64,000 bases of DNA. Origin: an uncultured Verrucomicrobiae bacterium. Its GTDB lineage: Bacteria; Verrucomicrobiota; Verrucomicrobiia; Chthoniobacterales; JAFAMB01. The position numbers and the translations under genes were made by a program. Every line of letters begins with the position of its first letter. Position 1 is the first letter of the stretch. Of this stretch, positions 63,765 through 64,000 are shown one piece after another. The DNA lies in the NCBI GenBank assembly GCA_963750185.1, contig CAVVPV010000014.1, positions 128,521-192,520 on the forward strand, given 5' to 3'. The notes beneath the pieces were generated by a model, which was not told where the DNA came from, made no database searches, and saw only the letters and a program-made list of their open reading frames with translations.

Positions 63765-64000
63765 TTAGTCCTTCAAAGAAGTTATAAGGAATGGTCCCGC
63801 CAAATGCACGGCAGAAAATACGCCCTGCGCTCTTCGCAAAGTCGTCAATTCATCTCTTTGGACTTCGTACAAAGCTTCGGCCGGACTCTTGCCCGCCAGA
63901 AATGAAGCATAGAAACGCTTCATGAACTCGACCGTGTATTCATCTTGAATTTCCCATGTTGTCATCAAGAGATTGCTCGCCCCGGCGAGCGCTACACCAC
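63765..64000 (-). CDS. CHAT-domain (caspase-like) protein, C-terminal end only; continues beyond the window
   Basis: The frame is open to base 64000 (...GVALAGASNLLMTTWEIQDEYTVEFMKRFYASFLAGKSPAEALYEVQRDEL...), matching the conserved CHAT C-terminus (AGAxxxxxxxWxVxDxxTxxxMxxFYxxLxxGxSxAEAL). Confidence 0.65.
   Translation of the reverse strand, partial: GVALAGASNLLMTTWEIQDEYTVEFMKRFYASFLAGKSPAEALYEVQRDELTTLRRAQGVFSAVHLAGPFLITSLKD

Overview
64 kb of chromosomal DNA from a moderately GC-rich bacterium. The gene content suggests a soil Verrucomicrobiota, Planctomycetota or Acidobacteriota-like organism, but that is inference only. Indicators are a Sel1-repeat Ser/Thr kinase, a GYF-Yip1 protein, a sigma-54 two-component pair next to exbB-exbD-tonB, CHAT and DUF4384 proteins, and many REP-like palindromes.

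Most of the window is housekeeping or core genes: efp, kdsD, nfo, adk, fmt, hisF, rarA, sppA, a fur-family regulator, an AaeXAB-like efflux set, a GH3 beta-glucosidase, an MFS transporter and a Kef-type antiporter. I recognised no rRNA, tRNA or CRISPR array.

Three accessory regions stand out:
- **About 9.7-14.9 kb.** A visibly more AT-rich island begins exactly where a STAND/NB-ARC NTPase gene is truncated. It carries decayed or orphan conflict-type genes: a 308-aa protein with an antitoxin-like tail coupled to a frameshifted PIN toxin, a P-loop ATPase stub, a DUF4145/HEPN-like protein with an RNRYSH motif, and a convergent 201-aa unknown protein.
- **52.2-58.2 kb.** A DyP-peroxidase/family-1 encapsulin operon runs co-directionally into csoR-copA. 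About 4.85 kb away lies a ~98% identical 726-bp internal copA fragment.
- **58.4 kb to the window end.** This cluster is my best candidate for an undescribed system. It contains an ECF-like sigma, a truncated sigma paralog, a signal-less T4-type lysozyme with a large insertion, an OmpA-like protein, a 751-aa protein with a single CxxCH motif and a DUF4384 domain, and a CHAT (caspase-like) protease that runs off the window.

Several non-coding structures are not explained by the genes:
- A 33-bp motif with core TTCGGGGACAGGRCAC sits upstream of several genes.
- A 36-bp stem built from TCAGRAR heptamers lies between the sigma-54 regulator operon and exbB.
- A perfect 53-bp palindrome supplies identical RGQIGN C-termini to two convergent genes.
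- A tandem of 37-bp hairpin repeats lies upstream of the Kef-type antiporter gene.

All functional calls come from reading the translated ORFs for family motifs. No database search was run.
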